From a cyanobacterium endosymbiont of Epithemia turgida isolate EtSB Lake Yunoko (GTDB taxonomy: Bacteria > Cyanobacteriota > Cyanobacteriia > Cyanobacteriales > Microcystaceae), in the NCBI RefSeq assembly GCF_000829235.1, contig NZ_AP012549.1, forward strand, positions 2,760,001 to 2,792,000: a stretch of DNA of 32,000 nt, in the 5' to 3' direction. The position numbers and the translations under genes were made by a program. Numbering within the stretch: the first letter of the stretch is position 1; each line of letters begins with the position of its first letter. Below the pieces are notes generated by a model. It saw only the letters and a program-made list of their open reading frames with translations. It was not told where the DNA came from and did no database searches. This document shows, one piece after another, positions 9,502 to 18,951 of the stretch.

Positions 9502-10488
9502 TCAGGAATAAAATCGTGATTTGAACCATTGTTGAACTAAACCAAGTTTTTGAGAATTCCTCTGCTGACGCAGTTGGTATTCTTTGTAAGCGCCATTAAT
9601 ACGGGCTGTAATATAATGAGCTAGGGGATGTTGAGTTCGATCAGGATGCCAAAGACGAATTAAACCCCTATAAGTTTGCTCAACTTGCAACGAAGTGGGG
9701 AAAGGATTAAGGTCTAGAACTTTCCACCAAGGAGATGACTCATCAAAAAACGCACGATGAAGGTGGAGAGGATATTCACTCACAATAGGTTGCAACCGTC
9801 CCCAAGATGTTCCATAGAACACCTGATAAATAGTCTTAAGTTTACTTAACCCTAGACGTTCTGTAGCTTGGTGGTGCCATTGCCGAAACCTATCGATAGT
9901 TTCTTGGTTCCAAAAAGACTGATCCTCTTTGGCTAAAGATTCTAGGATTAATTTTGGAGTTCTTTGAGGTTCAGGCAAACTCCATAACCAGAATAATTCT
10001 GGGACAACTTGGGTGGCGAGAGGAAAATTTTTCCATTCCCAATAATTAACCCCAGGTGTGGCTAATCTTTGGCGGTAAAAAATATACCACCCTTTCTCCC
10101 AGATACACGCTAAAGGAGTCATAAGAGGGCTAGCTAAAGGATAAGCTTGTCCACGCAAAGAACTTTGGGGAGCATCTTCCAATAAACAAGTTAAAGGAGT
10201 CATAAGAAGACTAGCTAAAGGATAAGCTTGTCCACGCAAAGAACTTTGGGGAGCATCTTCCAATAAACAAGTTAAAGGAGTCATAAGAGGACTAGCTAAA
10301 GGATAAGCTTGTCCACGCAAAGAACTTTGGGGAGCATCTTCCAATAAACAAGTTAGTCGTTTAAATTGGCTATTAAGACCTTTACTTGAAGACTTAGACG
10401 AAGATAATAGCAAACAAATACCACAAAAAATAAGGGTTAAAAGCAATAAATTTTGGAGTAAATCTCCAACAAACGTTAAAAAATTCAT
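9502..10488 (-). CDS. J-domain (DnaJ-like) membrane-anchored protein with internal 27-aa tandem repeats
   Basis: C-terminal J domain WWKVLDLNPFPTSLQVEQTYRGLIRLWHPDRTQHPLAHYITARINGAYKEY contains the HPD motif. N-terminal hydrophobic helix LLLLTLIFCGICLLL. Three copies of LTCLLEDAPQSSLRGQAYPLAS(P/L)LMTP. The track start at 10512 is TTG; ATG at 10488 (MNFLTFVG) is more likely. Confidence 0.75.
   Translation of the reverse strand: MNFLTFVGDLLQNLLLLTLIFCGICLLLSSSKSSSKGLNSQFKRLTCLLEDAPQSSLRGQAYPLASPLMTPLTCLLEDAPQSSLRGQAYPLASLLMTPLTCLLEDAPQSSLRGQAYPLASPLMTPLACIWEKGWYIFYRQRLATPGVNYWEWKNFPLATQVVPELFWLWSLPEPQRTPKLILESLAKEDQSFWNQETIDRFRQWHHQATERLGLSKLKTIYQVFYGTSWGRLQPIVSEYPLHLHRAFFDESSPWWKVLDLNPFPTSLQVEQTYRGLIRLWHPDRTQHPLAHYITARINGAYKEYQLRQQRNSQKLGLVQQWFKSRFYS
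10112..10354. repeat. Tandem direct repeat, 3 x 81 bp, in frame within the J-domain gene
   Basis: Units at 10112-10192, 10193-10273 and 10274-10354 are identical except at three scattered positions in a short variable patch (ataagagggct / ataagaagact / ataagaggact). The 81-nt period preserves the reading frame. Confidence 0.95.
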
Positions 10489-10937
10489 GATCAGGTAATC
10501 AATAATCTTCAACGCTCGTAAAAAAAGACGAGCAAGAAATATTCTTAACTTTATATCATAATTTAACCTTGGAAAATTACCAAAAATATGATTGACAAAG
10601 ATTGCGAAATATTAATACTAAATCAAATTGTCATTTCTATTTGTGATGATAATTGCTAATATCAATTTTATTTTAAAAATTATAAAAATTCCTAATAAAT
10701 CTTCTTATTAAGACTATATTGTAAGTTGTATCACTATCTATAGTGATAGCTTGAAAGTCCGCTAAAACTAAGATTATAAAGTTTATTTTTCTATATATCT
10801 AATATATTTTTGGCAAAAATTAGCAGATGGAATTGTTCAAAAAATTGAGGACGTTTACCCTATTCTTTTACTTATCTTTTGCTCCTTTGACAAGATAAAC
10901 TAGAAAAGTCAATAAATTGTTATCGTAACTGAAGGAT

Positions 10938-12500
10938 ATGGAGCAGAAAAAAACAATGATCGCACAAAGCGAGTCTTCAACGATGGTATCTACAAGCAGG
11001 GGGAAGACTCCGGACTATGATGTCATTGTAATTGGCTCAGGAATCGGAGGGTTAGTAACTGCCACTCAATTAGCAGTCAGGGGAGCAAAAGTCCTAGTAT
11101 TAGAACGGTATTTAATTCCTGGAGGAAGTGCGGGATATTTTGAACGGGAAGGATATCGCTTTGATGTGGGTGCGTCTATGATTTTTGGGTTTGGTAGCAA
11201 AGGAACGACCAACTTACTTACTCGCGCCCTAGAAGCCGTTGACGTTAGTCTGGAAACAATTGAAGATCTTGTACAGATTCATTATCATTTACCTCAAGGA
11301 TTAGACCTAAAAGTTTATCGAGACTATGAAAAATTTATAGAAGAATTAATCACTAAATTTCCGCAAGAGAAAACAGGAATTCGCCGTTTTTACGATGAAT
11401 GTTGGAAAGTCTTTAACTGCCTCAATACCATGGAGTTACTTTCCTTGGAAGAACCTCGTTACTTAACACGGGTCTTTTTCCAGAATCCCATGTCCTGTTT
11501 AAAGTTGATTAAATATTTACCACAAAATGTGGGAGAAATTGCCAGACGCTATGTCAGTGATCTCCAACTATTGAAATTCATTGATATGGAATGTTACTGC
11601 TGGTCAGTGGTTCGGTCCGATCTCACCCCAATGATCAATGCAGGGATGGTATTTTCTGACCGTCATTATGGAGGTATTAATTATCCTAAAGGAGGAGTAG
11701 GACAAATTGCCCAGAAATTAGTGGAAGGACTTGAAAAAGTAAAGGGAAAAGTTCAGTATAAAGCTAGAGTCACTAAAATTTTGCTAGAAAAGAAAAAAGC
11801 GGTGGGCGTAGAATTAGCCAATGGCCAACAATATTTTGCTAAGCGTATTGTTTCTAATGCCACTCGTTGGGATACTTTTGAAAAATTATTGACTCCAAAA
11901 GTAATGCTGGCTAAGGAAAACCGATGGAGAAATCGTTATCAAAAATCCCCCAGTTTTCTTAGTTTACATTTAGGGGTAAAGGCTGATTTATTGCCTCCTC
12001 AAACCGAATGTCATCACGTTTTGTTAGAAAATTGGGACAAAATGGAAGCTGAACAGGGAACGATTTTTGTTTCTATTCCCACGCTTCTTGATCCGAGTTT
12101 AGCTCCTCGTGATCATCATATTATCCACACCTTTACCCCAAGCTGGATTAAAGGATGGCAAGGACTTTCTACTAGAGAATACCAAAAACAAAAAAAAAGA
12201 GCTACTAATGATTTAATTGGAAGATTAGAAAAAATTTTTCCAGGTTTAAGTCAAGCTTTGGACTATCAAGCAGTGGGAACCCCCCGAACTCATCGAAGGT
12301 TTTTAGGACGAGATGACGGAACCTATGGACCTATTCCAAAGCGAAAATTAGCAGGGTTGTTGGGAATGCCTTTTAACCAAACTGCGATCACTGGACTTTA
12401 TTGTGTGGGAGACAGTACTTTTCCTGGACAAGGGTTAAATGCAGTTGCTTTCTCGGGGTTTGCTTGCAGCCATCGTATTGCCGTTGATCTAGGTTTGTAA
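10938..12500 (+). CDS. crtH: Carotenoid (prolycopene) cis-trans isomerase, CrtH/CrtISO family FAD oxidoreductase
   Basis: Dinucleotide-binding YDVIVIGSGIGGLVTATQLAVRGAKVLVLERYLIPGG. Also GYFEREGYRFDVGASMIFG and C-terminal GLYCVGDSTFPGQGLNAV, as in CrtH/CrtISO. An alternative ATG at 10956 is possible. Confidence 0.85.
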   Translation: MEQKKTMIAQSESSTMVSTSRGKTPDYDVIVIGSGIGGLVTATQLAVRGAKVLVLERYLIPGGSAGYFEREGYRFDVGASMIFGFGSKGTTNLLTRALEAVDVSLETIEDLVQIHYHLPQGLDLKVYRDYEKFIEELITKFPQEKTGIRRFYDECWKVFNCLNTMELLSLEEPRYLTRVFFQNPMSCLKLIKYLPQNVGEIARRYVSDLQLLKFIDMECYCWSVVRSDLTPMINAGMVFSDRHYGGINYPKGGVGQIAQKLVEGLEKVKGKVQYKARVTKILLEKKKAVGVELANGQQYFAKRIVSNATRWDTFEKLLTPKVMLAKENRWRNRYQKSPSFLSLHLGVKADLLPPQTECHHVLLENWDKMEAEQGTIFVSIPTLLDPSLAPRDHHIIHTFTPSWIKGWQGLSTREYQKQKKRATNDLIGRLEKIFPGLSQALDYQAVGTPRTHRRFLGRDDGTYGPIPKRKLAGLLGMPFNQTAITGLYCVGDSTFPGQGLNAVAFSGFACSHRIAVDLGL

Positions 12501-14011
12501 AACTTGTCCTGAAAACCTATTCTATGGCGCGTTGAGTTCTTGTCATGATTGAAGTGCAAATACAATTGAATCTAACTAAAAATTTCTTAGTGGACTAGAC
12601 ATCCAATAAAAATAAGTGGAGCAAAAAACTATTTTAAGTTATCAGCGAATGGTTAACAGCCAACGGTGACTCATTAATGATCACTGTTTATCTCCGAATT
12701 GTTTATTCAACTTCTAGAAATATGGTAGTACTTAAATACTATATGATAAAAAATTATGTAATTTATAACAATACATTATTTATTCTATTTAAACCATTGC
12801 TGATTAAAAGGTAACACCGTCAAATACTGCTCCCATTCTTACTAAGATAGATAATTAGCAACTATTCGAGTTTCTAAATAAATATTGTCATAGTTAACAT
12901 TTCAACTTTGGATTGACAAACCAATCCTAACTACTAAAAGTGAGGGCAATTATTAGGTTTTCTCAAACCATCAATGATATCTTAACACACAATTTTACTG
13001 ATATGTTGGAGGAATAATTTTCAAGAAACCCCTATATTTTAGGGAAAAATTAAGGTGATTACAATAGAGAAAATTTAATTTCCATTTAATTGAATAGTAA
13101 TCGCTTGTAACTTTAATTACTGTAAATAATCTATCACCGGTAATTTATCTTTCAAAAATCATTATACTAATTACTCTTTAGTATGAATATCTGTAGTCTT
13201 CAATATAAAAGTACATATTTAAATTTGAGTAGATAATAACCCGTAAACAACTTGTGTATAATAAACAACAAATAAATAATATTGATCCGTTTTTATTGGG
13301 TATAAAATTCGCAATATTTTAACTGTTGTAAAAAATAATTGTAATTTTCTGGTAACAAAAATTAACCAATTATGTTCTTAAAGAGCAATCATATAAAACA
13401 AAAGTTATTAACTAGATAAAAGAAAGAAATCTACACTTAGAAGATAAAATATTAAAATTGAAAATATTAACGTTTTATCTTTACTTTAACTAATTTTTAA
13501 AAATTAATTGAAGAGATAAACAAGTTTTCATAAAAAATATAAATTATAAAATTTGGAGGTCAGCTTTAATCGGCTACTATCGGAGAGTAAAACTACTAAC
13601 TTGACTTCTTAAGAATCTATTAATAGATACTAATTTCATGAAAAAATATTCGATATATCTAGTATTTTAAAAAAATTTTAATACTTATGTTCTCCTAGAA
13701 AATACACAAAAATTATATAAAAAATCCTTAAACTATAATTACATTACGCAATTTTAGGTTTTTTTTATTTAATAATATTTATTATCTTAGCAATAAAATT
13801 TTTATATATTTTTTAAGTTTTTTCATAGATAAAAATTGTGTATTTTGGTAGAAAATAATTGCTCTTATTAACGTAGGGTTAACTATATTACAAGAAATAG
13901 TAGAATTACTTAATGACACAATTAAAATAACTCATGAATTAATAGGTAATCTTGAAGACGGTATAATTGTTGTAAGATTAAGTCGTTACTTAATAGCTAT
14001 CTTCGATTTTT
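12501..14011. other. 1.5-kb ORF-free AT-rich spacer
   Basis: No ORF in the six-frame track. Long A/T runs. Only the first ~200 nt have moderate G+C. Confidence 0.8.
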
Positions 14012-15703
14012 ATGCTTACCCAGAGAGTATTGTATAAATCGCCACGTTGGCAACGCTCTAAACTTTCTCCTATGATGCGTCAATGGGAGATTTTAGGGTT
14101 TAGTTTTAAATTTTTTCTAGGGTTAGGATGGGATAAACTGATTCGGAATAATTCCTCTAAACGTAGACATAAACGTGCAAGATGGTTGGTAAAAAACTTG
14201 TTAGAATTAGGTCCAACATTTATTAAAATCGGTCAATCTCTTTCTACCCGTGTTGATATTATTCCCTTTGAATATATTCAAGAATTGAGTCAATTACAAG
14301 ATCGGGTTCCTCCTTTTAATTCTGATGAGGCAATCAAAGTAATAGAAACTGAACTGGGTAAGTCAATTAATGAGTTATTTAAGGACTTTAAGTCAATCCC
14401 CCTAGCCTCAGCAAGTTTAGGACAAGTTCATCGCGCTAAATTGTATACAGGACAAGAAGTTGTTGTTAAAGTTCAACGGACTGGATTAGAAAAAATTTTT
14501 AATTTAGATTTTGAAATTATACATCGTTTAATTCGTTTACTTAATCGCTATCTTTCTAATTTAAGACAATATCAACTCGAAGCAATTTACAAAGAATTTT
14601 TTGAGCTTTTATTTCAAGAAATAGATTATATTCGTGAAGGTAAAAATGCCGAGCGGTTTCGAAAAAACTTCAAACACTACTCGCAAATTAAAGTGCCTAA
14701 AGTTTATTGGAAATATACTACTAAAAATATCTTAGTATTAGAATATCTCCCAGGAATTAAAGTAGATGATCGTACTACTTTAAAGGATAGCAGAATTAAT
14801 TTGGATAGTATCATCCAACTAGGAATTTGCTCTTATCTAAAACAATTATTAATTGATGGTTTTTTTCAATCAGATCCCCACCCTGGAAATATGGCTGTAA
14901 GTCAAAGAGGGGAATTAATTTTTTATGATTTTGGTTCTATGACAGAAGTTAAATTGATGGACAAAGAACAAATGATTCAAACCTTTTTTGCCGTCTTAAA
15001 AAGAGATACGGATAAAGTAGTTGAAACTTTAGTCTATATGGGGTTAATTGAACCCTTGAAAGACATGAGTGCTATCAAACAGATTGTTGGATTTATCTTG
15101 GAAAATTTTCGAGATAAACCGGTAGATGTTAAAGCATTTGAAGTTATTAACGATGAAGTGTATTTAATGTTCAAAAAACAACCCTTTCGTTTACCGCCTC
15201 AGATGACGTTTATTATTAAATCTTTAACTACCCTCGATGGTATTGCCCGTGCACTAGATCCTCAATATAATTTCTTAACAGCAAGCAAACCTTTTGTCAA
15301 AAGTATTGCCTTAAGTAATGGACAAGGAATAGTTATTAGTGCCATAGCTCAACAAGCAAAAGACTTTATTAAAAAAACCTGGCAAAATCCCAACTCAACT
15401 AATCGATTAATGCAAAGGCTGGTGCAAAAATTTGACCAAGAGGAACTGCAATTTCGGATTCGTTATCTAGAAGAAAATAAAAAAAACTTTAAACTCATTA
15501 GTTTAGGGATTAAGTGTTTGATTTATACCTGTTTAACAGGATTTACTTTGTTATTAACTTTGATATTAGTCATCTCCACATATTTTAAATTAGCTGTGGT
15601 TGGTTTTGGCTTATCAGGGTTATTTGGCTTATTTTTTTTGCGTTCCATAATTACCTTGATGAATCAGGAAAAAATTAACAATGTTTTTGATCACAAAAGT
15701 TAG
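14012..15703 (+). CDS. ABC1/UbiB-family atypical kinase
   Basis: LGPTFIKIGQSLSTRVDIIP, ASASLGQVHRAKL, VVVKVQRTGL and FFQSDPHPGNMAV are hallmark ABC1 kinase blocks. C-terminal hydrophobic helices are present. Confidence 0.9.
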   Translation: MLTQRVLYKSPRWQRSKLSPMMRQWEILGFSFKFFLGLGWDKLIRNNSSKRRHKRARWLVKNLLELGPTFIKIGQSLSTRVDIIPFEYIQELSQLQDRVPPFNSDEAIKVIETELGKSINELFKDFKSIPLASASLGQVHRAKLYTGQEVVVKVQRTGLEKIFNLDFEIIHRLIRLLNRYLSNLRQYQLEAIYKEFFELLFQEIDYIREGKNAERFRKNFKHYSQIKVPKVYWKYTTKNILVLEYLPGIKVDDRTTLKDSRINLDSIIQLGICSYLKQLLIDGFFQSDPHPGNMAVSQRGELIFYDFGSMTEVKLMDKEQMIQTFFAVLKRDTDKVVETLVYMGLIEPLKDMSAIKQIVGFILENFRDKPVDVKAFEVINDEVYLMFKKQPFRLPPQMTFIIKSLTTLDGIARALDPQYNFLTASKPFVKSIALSNGQGIVISAIAQQAKDFIKKTWQNPNSTNRLMQRLVQKFDQEELQFRIRYLEENKKNFKLISLGIKCLIYTCLTGFTLLLTLILVISTYFKLAVVGFGLSGLFGLFFLRSIITLMNQEKINNVFDHKS

Positions 15704-15746
15704 CTCATCAACTTTTTTATTTTGTGTTTTTCTTAATGTAGAATCA

Positions 15747-16601
15747 CTATTCATGCCAACTCGAACGCCAAGCAGTTTCGGCCTCTACTCTTGCGTATTC
15801 CTGTTGCGCCTGACGATAACTTTGATGTATTTTTTTAATTTTTTCTAAACCCTTACGAATTTCTTTACGTTTCAGACTTAAAGTTGCATTAGCAAAGACG
15901 ATTTCTGATAATTGTAACTGAATAGCAGAAAATCTAGTAATTTCCGATTCAGATTTTTCTTCTTTTTCCTTTGTTTCTCGATTAGTCTCCACCAACAAAT
16001 TAATGATGTTAGGTGTTCTCCCAGCAGATACTTCTCCTTCTTCAGCTTTAAAAGCCATTTCTAATAACTGAGGAGGCAAATTGGGAGAGATGATTTGAGC
16101 TTGCTGCAAATAATTATTAGCTTTTTTAGAAAGACTTTCTAAAGTGTCATTAATTCTCTGTTCTATAGTCTTACACCAGTTCACTAACTCTTCAGGATTT
16201 TCAATTTTTAAAACTTGAGATTCTGGATCTACTTCTGAATCATCTATCTTAGATGAAGGTTCTTCTAATTCAGATAACAATACTATTTGCTCCTTAACGG
16301 TAGCCTGTAGAACAGAAGAAGAGGTTTCTGAATGAAATTCAATTTCATATTGAATTTCTTGACATAATTGACGTAAATTATTTTGTAGGGTTTCCCTTTG
16401 ACTAAAAGATAATTTTAAAAATTGTTCAGGGTAAATTTGAGTACAAATATGATAGCAAGCTAAAATTAATTGTTGTTGAGCCGAATTACTTAAAGATTTT
16501 AAGTAATTACTATAAAGTATATTTAATTCAAGTGCAAGTTCCTTAGTTTTTTCTTCAAAGACTTTCAGATCTTGTCTAATTTGCTGGAGAGATTTGGGCA
16601 T
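15747..16601 (-). CDS. Hypothetical coiled-coil protein
   Basis: Intact 284-aa ORF with ATG start. Rich in heptad-like Q/E/K/L stretches. I recognise no catalytic motif. Confidence 0.6.
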   Translation of the reverse strand: MPKSLQQIRQDLKVFEEKTKELALELNILYSNYLKSLSNSAQQQLILACYHICTQIYPEQFLKLSFSQRETLQNNLRQLCQEIQYEIEFHSETSSSVLQATVKEQIVLLSELEEPSSKIDDSEVDPESQVLKIENPEELVNWCKTIEQRINDTLESLSKKANNYLQQAQIISPNLPPQLLEMAFKAEEGEVSAGRTPNIINLLVETNRETKEKEEKSESEITRFSAIQLQLSEIVFANATLSLKRKEIRKGLEKIKKIHQSYRQAQQEYARVEAETAWRSSWHE

Positions 16602-16666
16602 AATTTAAGATTGATTTAGATAACTTTCTAACTAACAGTTTACTTAATAAATTTACGATTAATGTC

Positions 16667-16710
16667 AAAAAGGCAAAAGTTTAGCAATATTGCTCTTTCT
16701 TTTGCCTTTT
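16667..16710 (-). terminator. Strong bidirectional-type intrinsic terminator downstream of tsf
   Basis: AAAAAGGCAAAAG (16667-16679) pairs perfectly with CTTTTGCCTTTT (16699-16710). An inner palindrome AGCAATATTGCT lies at 16683-16694. The A-run/T-run flanks give a U-tract on either strand. It separates tsf from the next minus-strand gene. Confidence 0.7.
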
Positions 16711-16866
16711 ACAAAAAGTCTACATAAAAAGAAGACTATCCTTTCTTTTCCCTTTTTTGGAGAGAGTCTTTAATATATTTCAGCTTCAGCTGACGGAGTC
16801 GACTTTCTTTCTGTAGAAGTTCCTAGTTTTTTGGGAAACTTCTTCGACTTTCTCTTCTACTATAAC

Positions 16867-17538
16867 TTATAGCTCAGAACTTATTTGACCAGTTTGTTCT
16901 GCTACCTCTTTAGCAAAATTAATTTCCACTTTTTCAATTCCTTCTCCAAGAACAAAGCGAGTAAAACGGCGGACTTGAATATTTTCCCCTAGTTGAGAAA
17001 TAGTTTGTTTAATCAATTCTTCAATATCAATGCTTTGGTCGCGAATATAGGGTTGGTTCATCAAAGATAATTCTTTGATACGTTTGTCAATACGTCCTTG
17101 AACAATCTTTTCCTTGATGTTGTCAGGTTTATTAGCTAGGTCATCTCGCCCCATCTCGATTTCTTTTTCCTTAGCGATGATGGTTTGCGGAATATCTGCC
17201 CCTCGAATATACTCCACATTAGGACAAGCGGCAATTTGCATAGCCACATTGCGAACAAGATTTTTAAATTCATCTCTGCGAGCAACAAAGTCAGTTTCGC
17301 AATTAACTTCTACGAGAACCCCAATGCGGCCTCCCGTATGAATATAACTTTCTACTAGTCCTTCTGCCGTTTGTCGTCCAGATTTTTTCTCGGCTGAGGT
17401 GATCCCTTTTTGCCGTAGCCATTCTATGGACTTAGTTATATTGCCTTGGTTTTCTCGAAGTGCTTTCTTGCAATCCATCATGCCAGCACCTGTCTTTTCT
17501 CGAAGCTCTTTAACCTGTTTTGCTGAGATTTCCGTCAT
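16867..17538 (-). CDS. tsf: Translation elongation factor Ts
   Basis: The N-terminal UBA-like block [22 protein letters not shown] is diagnostic. Also [16 protein letters not shown]. Short cyanobacterial-type length (223 aa). Confidence 0.95.
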   Translation of the reverse strand: MTEISAKQVKELREKTGAGMMDCKKALRENQGNITKSIEWLRQKGITSAEKKSGRQTAEGLVESYIHTGGRIGVLVEVNCETDFVARRDEFKNLVRNVAMQIAACPNVEYIRGADIPQTIIAKEKEIEMGRDDLANKPDNIKEKIVQGRIDKRIKELSLMNQPYIRDQSIDIEELIKQTISQLGENIQVRRFTRFVLGEGIEKVEINFAKEVAEQTGQISSEL

Positions 17539-17871
17539 GTTAACTTTATGTTCCTAATGCTTTAACTGTAATGACTTGAACCGCTAAGATTAAACTGTAG
17601 TTGCCGTCTCAGATCCTCAGCAACATCACTTCTGCTAAATCCCTTCCATCGAACGAATTAGTGTTTCGATATTTGGATTTCCAGACTGATTAGGTTTTCT
17701 TGATCATTTTTCCAAATTACCCTGTTGGCTTTAGTGTTAGGCTTAATTGGTTGAGTGACCTTCAGTAGGTGTTTTTTTACCCGTCTTAGAATCCTATCAC
17801 AAGTCACACTCTACAATTTATCTTTAATCATAAGGAAATTCGGTAGTGCTTATTTTATTTAATCAGAATGG

Positions 17872-17904
17872 CGGGAGATGTCTAGATATTGCATAGACAT
17901 CCCG
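17872..17904 (-). promoter_or_regulatory. Stem-loop 28 nt downstream of the rpsB stop (possible attenuator or processing hairpin)
   Basis: CGGGAGATGTCTA (17872-17884) pairs with TAGACATCCCG (17894-17904), with a 2-nt bulge and a 9-nt loop. There is no clean U-tract, so it is not a canonical terminator. Confidence 0.35.
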
Positions 17905-17931
17905 TAAACTTAGTCCTAAAATGAAGCGAAT

Positions 17932-18768
17932 TTACTCCTCTTCTTCATGATTCGTTTCAGCAATGATCTCTTGTGGATCTACACCTTCTGTTTGATCCTC
18001 TTCTCTTTCATAATCATCATAGTCTTCATAATCATCTCCGTCGAGGTTTTCTTCGAACTCCTCGTAATCCCCTTGGGAACTAAGTTCACCATGACGACCT
18101 TCATAAATAGCATCAGCTAATTTACCTAGAATCAGCTTAATCGAACGAATAGCATCGTCATTAGCCGGAATAGGAATATCAGCAAAGTCAGGATCACAGT
18201 TAGTATCTAGAAGAGAAATAATGGGAATTCCTAGTTTTTGGCACTCAGAAATGGCATTGTATTCCCGTCGCTGATCGACAATGACAACCACATCGGGAGG
18301 TTTGCGCATCGTTTTAATCCCACCTAGGTACTTATCGAGTTTCCCTAGTTCTCGTCGTAACATCGAACCTTCTTTTTTGGGACGGCGAGCTAGGTTTCCA
18401 TTAGTTTCCATAAACTCTAATTCCTTGAGGCGTTCAACCCGGGTTTTTATGGTTTCCCAGTTTGTGAGCATTCCTCCTAACCAACGTTGGTTAACGTAAT
18501 TTGCTCCACAACGAAAGGCTTCTTGAGCAATAATCCCAGCTGCTTGACGTTTAGTTCCCACAAAAAGAAACCGCTTCCCTTTACTTGAAGAGATACGTAC
18601 ATATTCGTAAGCATCTTCCATTAATTGGGCGGTTTGTACTAAATCTATAATATGAACCCCATTACGAGCTGTGTAAATATAGCGGTCCATTTTGGGGTTC
18701 CAGCGGCGGGTTTGATGACCGAAGTGTACTCCAGACTCTAGCAATTCTGCAAGGGAAACAACTGACAT
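17932..18768 (-). CDS. rpsB: 30S ribosomal protein S2
   Basis: [27 protein letters not shown] is the S2 N-terminus. ATG 18768 has AGGAG upstream (ataGGAGaaagttaaacATG). The track extension to 18828 is unlikely to be translated. Acidic C-terminal tail. Confidence 0.95.
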   Translation of the reverse strand: MSVVSLAELLESGVHFGHQTRRWNPKMDRYIYTARNGVHIIDLVQTAQLMEDAYEYVRISSSKGKRFLFVGTKRQAAGIIAQEAFRCGANYVNQRWLGGMLTNWETIKTRVERLKELEFMETNGNLARRPKKEGSMLRRELGKLDKYLGGIKTMRKPPDVVVIVDQRREYNAISECQKLGIPIISLLDTNCDPDFADIPIPANDDAIRSIKLILGKLADAIYEGRHGELSSQGDYEEFEENLDGDDYEDYDDYEREEDQTEGVDPQEIIAETNHEEEE

Positions 18769-18824
18769 GTTTAACTTTCTCCTATTCGGGTTTATCCTCC
18801 ACTCAGATGGATTTCTCACAAGAA

Positions 18825-18900
18825 ACACCCGAAGTTCTGAATGTGCGATATGTTTACTGCACTCTGACTATATCACATTTTATATCTAAATCTCGGGTGT
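18825..18900 (-). promoter_or_regulatory. Nested inverted repeats in the rpsB upstream/leader region
   Basis: Outer pair: ACACCCGA (18825-18832) with TCGGGTGT (18893-18900). Inner pair: ATGTGCGATAT (18841-18851) with ATATCACAT (18870-18878), with bulged bases. It starts 57 nt upstream of the rpsB ATG. The transcription start is unknown, so an RNA-level role is unproven. Confidence 0.35.
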
Positions 18901-18912
18901 ACTCTCAGAAAA

Positions 18913-18951
18913 TATTTAGTCTGTAACTTCAGTAAAGTTACAGACTAAATA
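18913..18951 (-). terminator. Perfect 16-bp stem-loop, terminator-like on the minus strand
   Basis: TATTTAGTCTGTAACT (18913-18928) and AGTTACAGACTAAATA (18936-18951) are exact reverse complements with the 7-nt loop TCAGTAA. On the minus strand the hairpin is followed by TTTTCT. Confidence 0.5.

Noticed and set aside
10112-10354. Could the 81-bp repeats be a CRISPR array?
   Set aside because: The units are directly abutting with no spacers. They lie in frame within a continuous ORF with a J domain downstream, and no cas genes are nearby. This is a coding tandem repeat, not CRISPR.
17114-18499. Two plus-strand ORFs (17114-17341 and 18281-18499) inside tsf and rpsB
   Set aside because: Both are antisense to highly conserved translation genes and encode low-complexity Ser/Arg/Leu-rich peptides. 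These are shadow ORFs.
18769-18828. N-terminal extensions implied by the ORF track (rpsB to 18828; also TTG/GTG starts at 51, 2956, 10512, 19920, 24189 and 26212)
   Set aside because: In each case an internal ATG or GTG has a better SD-like site, and the conserved N-terminus of the family begins there. For tsaE the frame instead continues upstream to the window edge. The track maxima are not taken as true starts.
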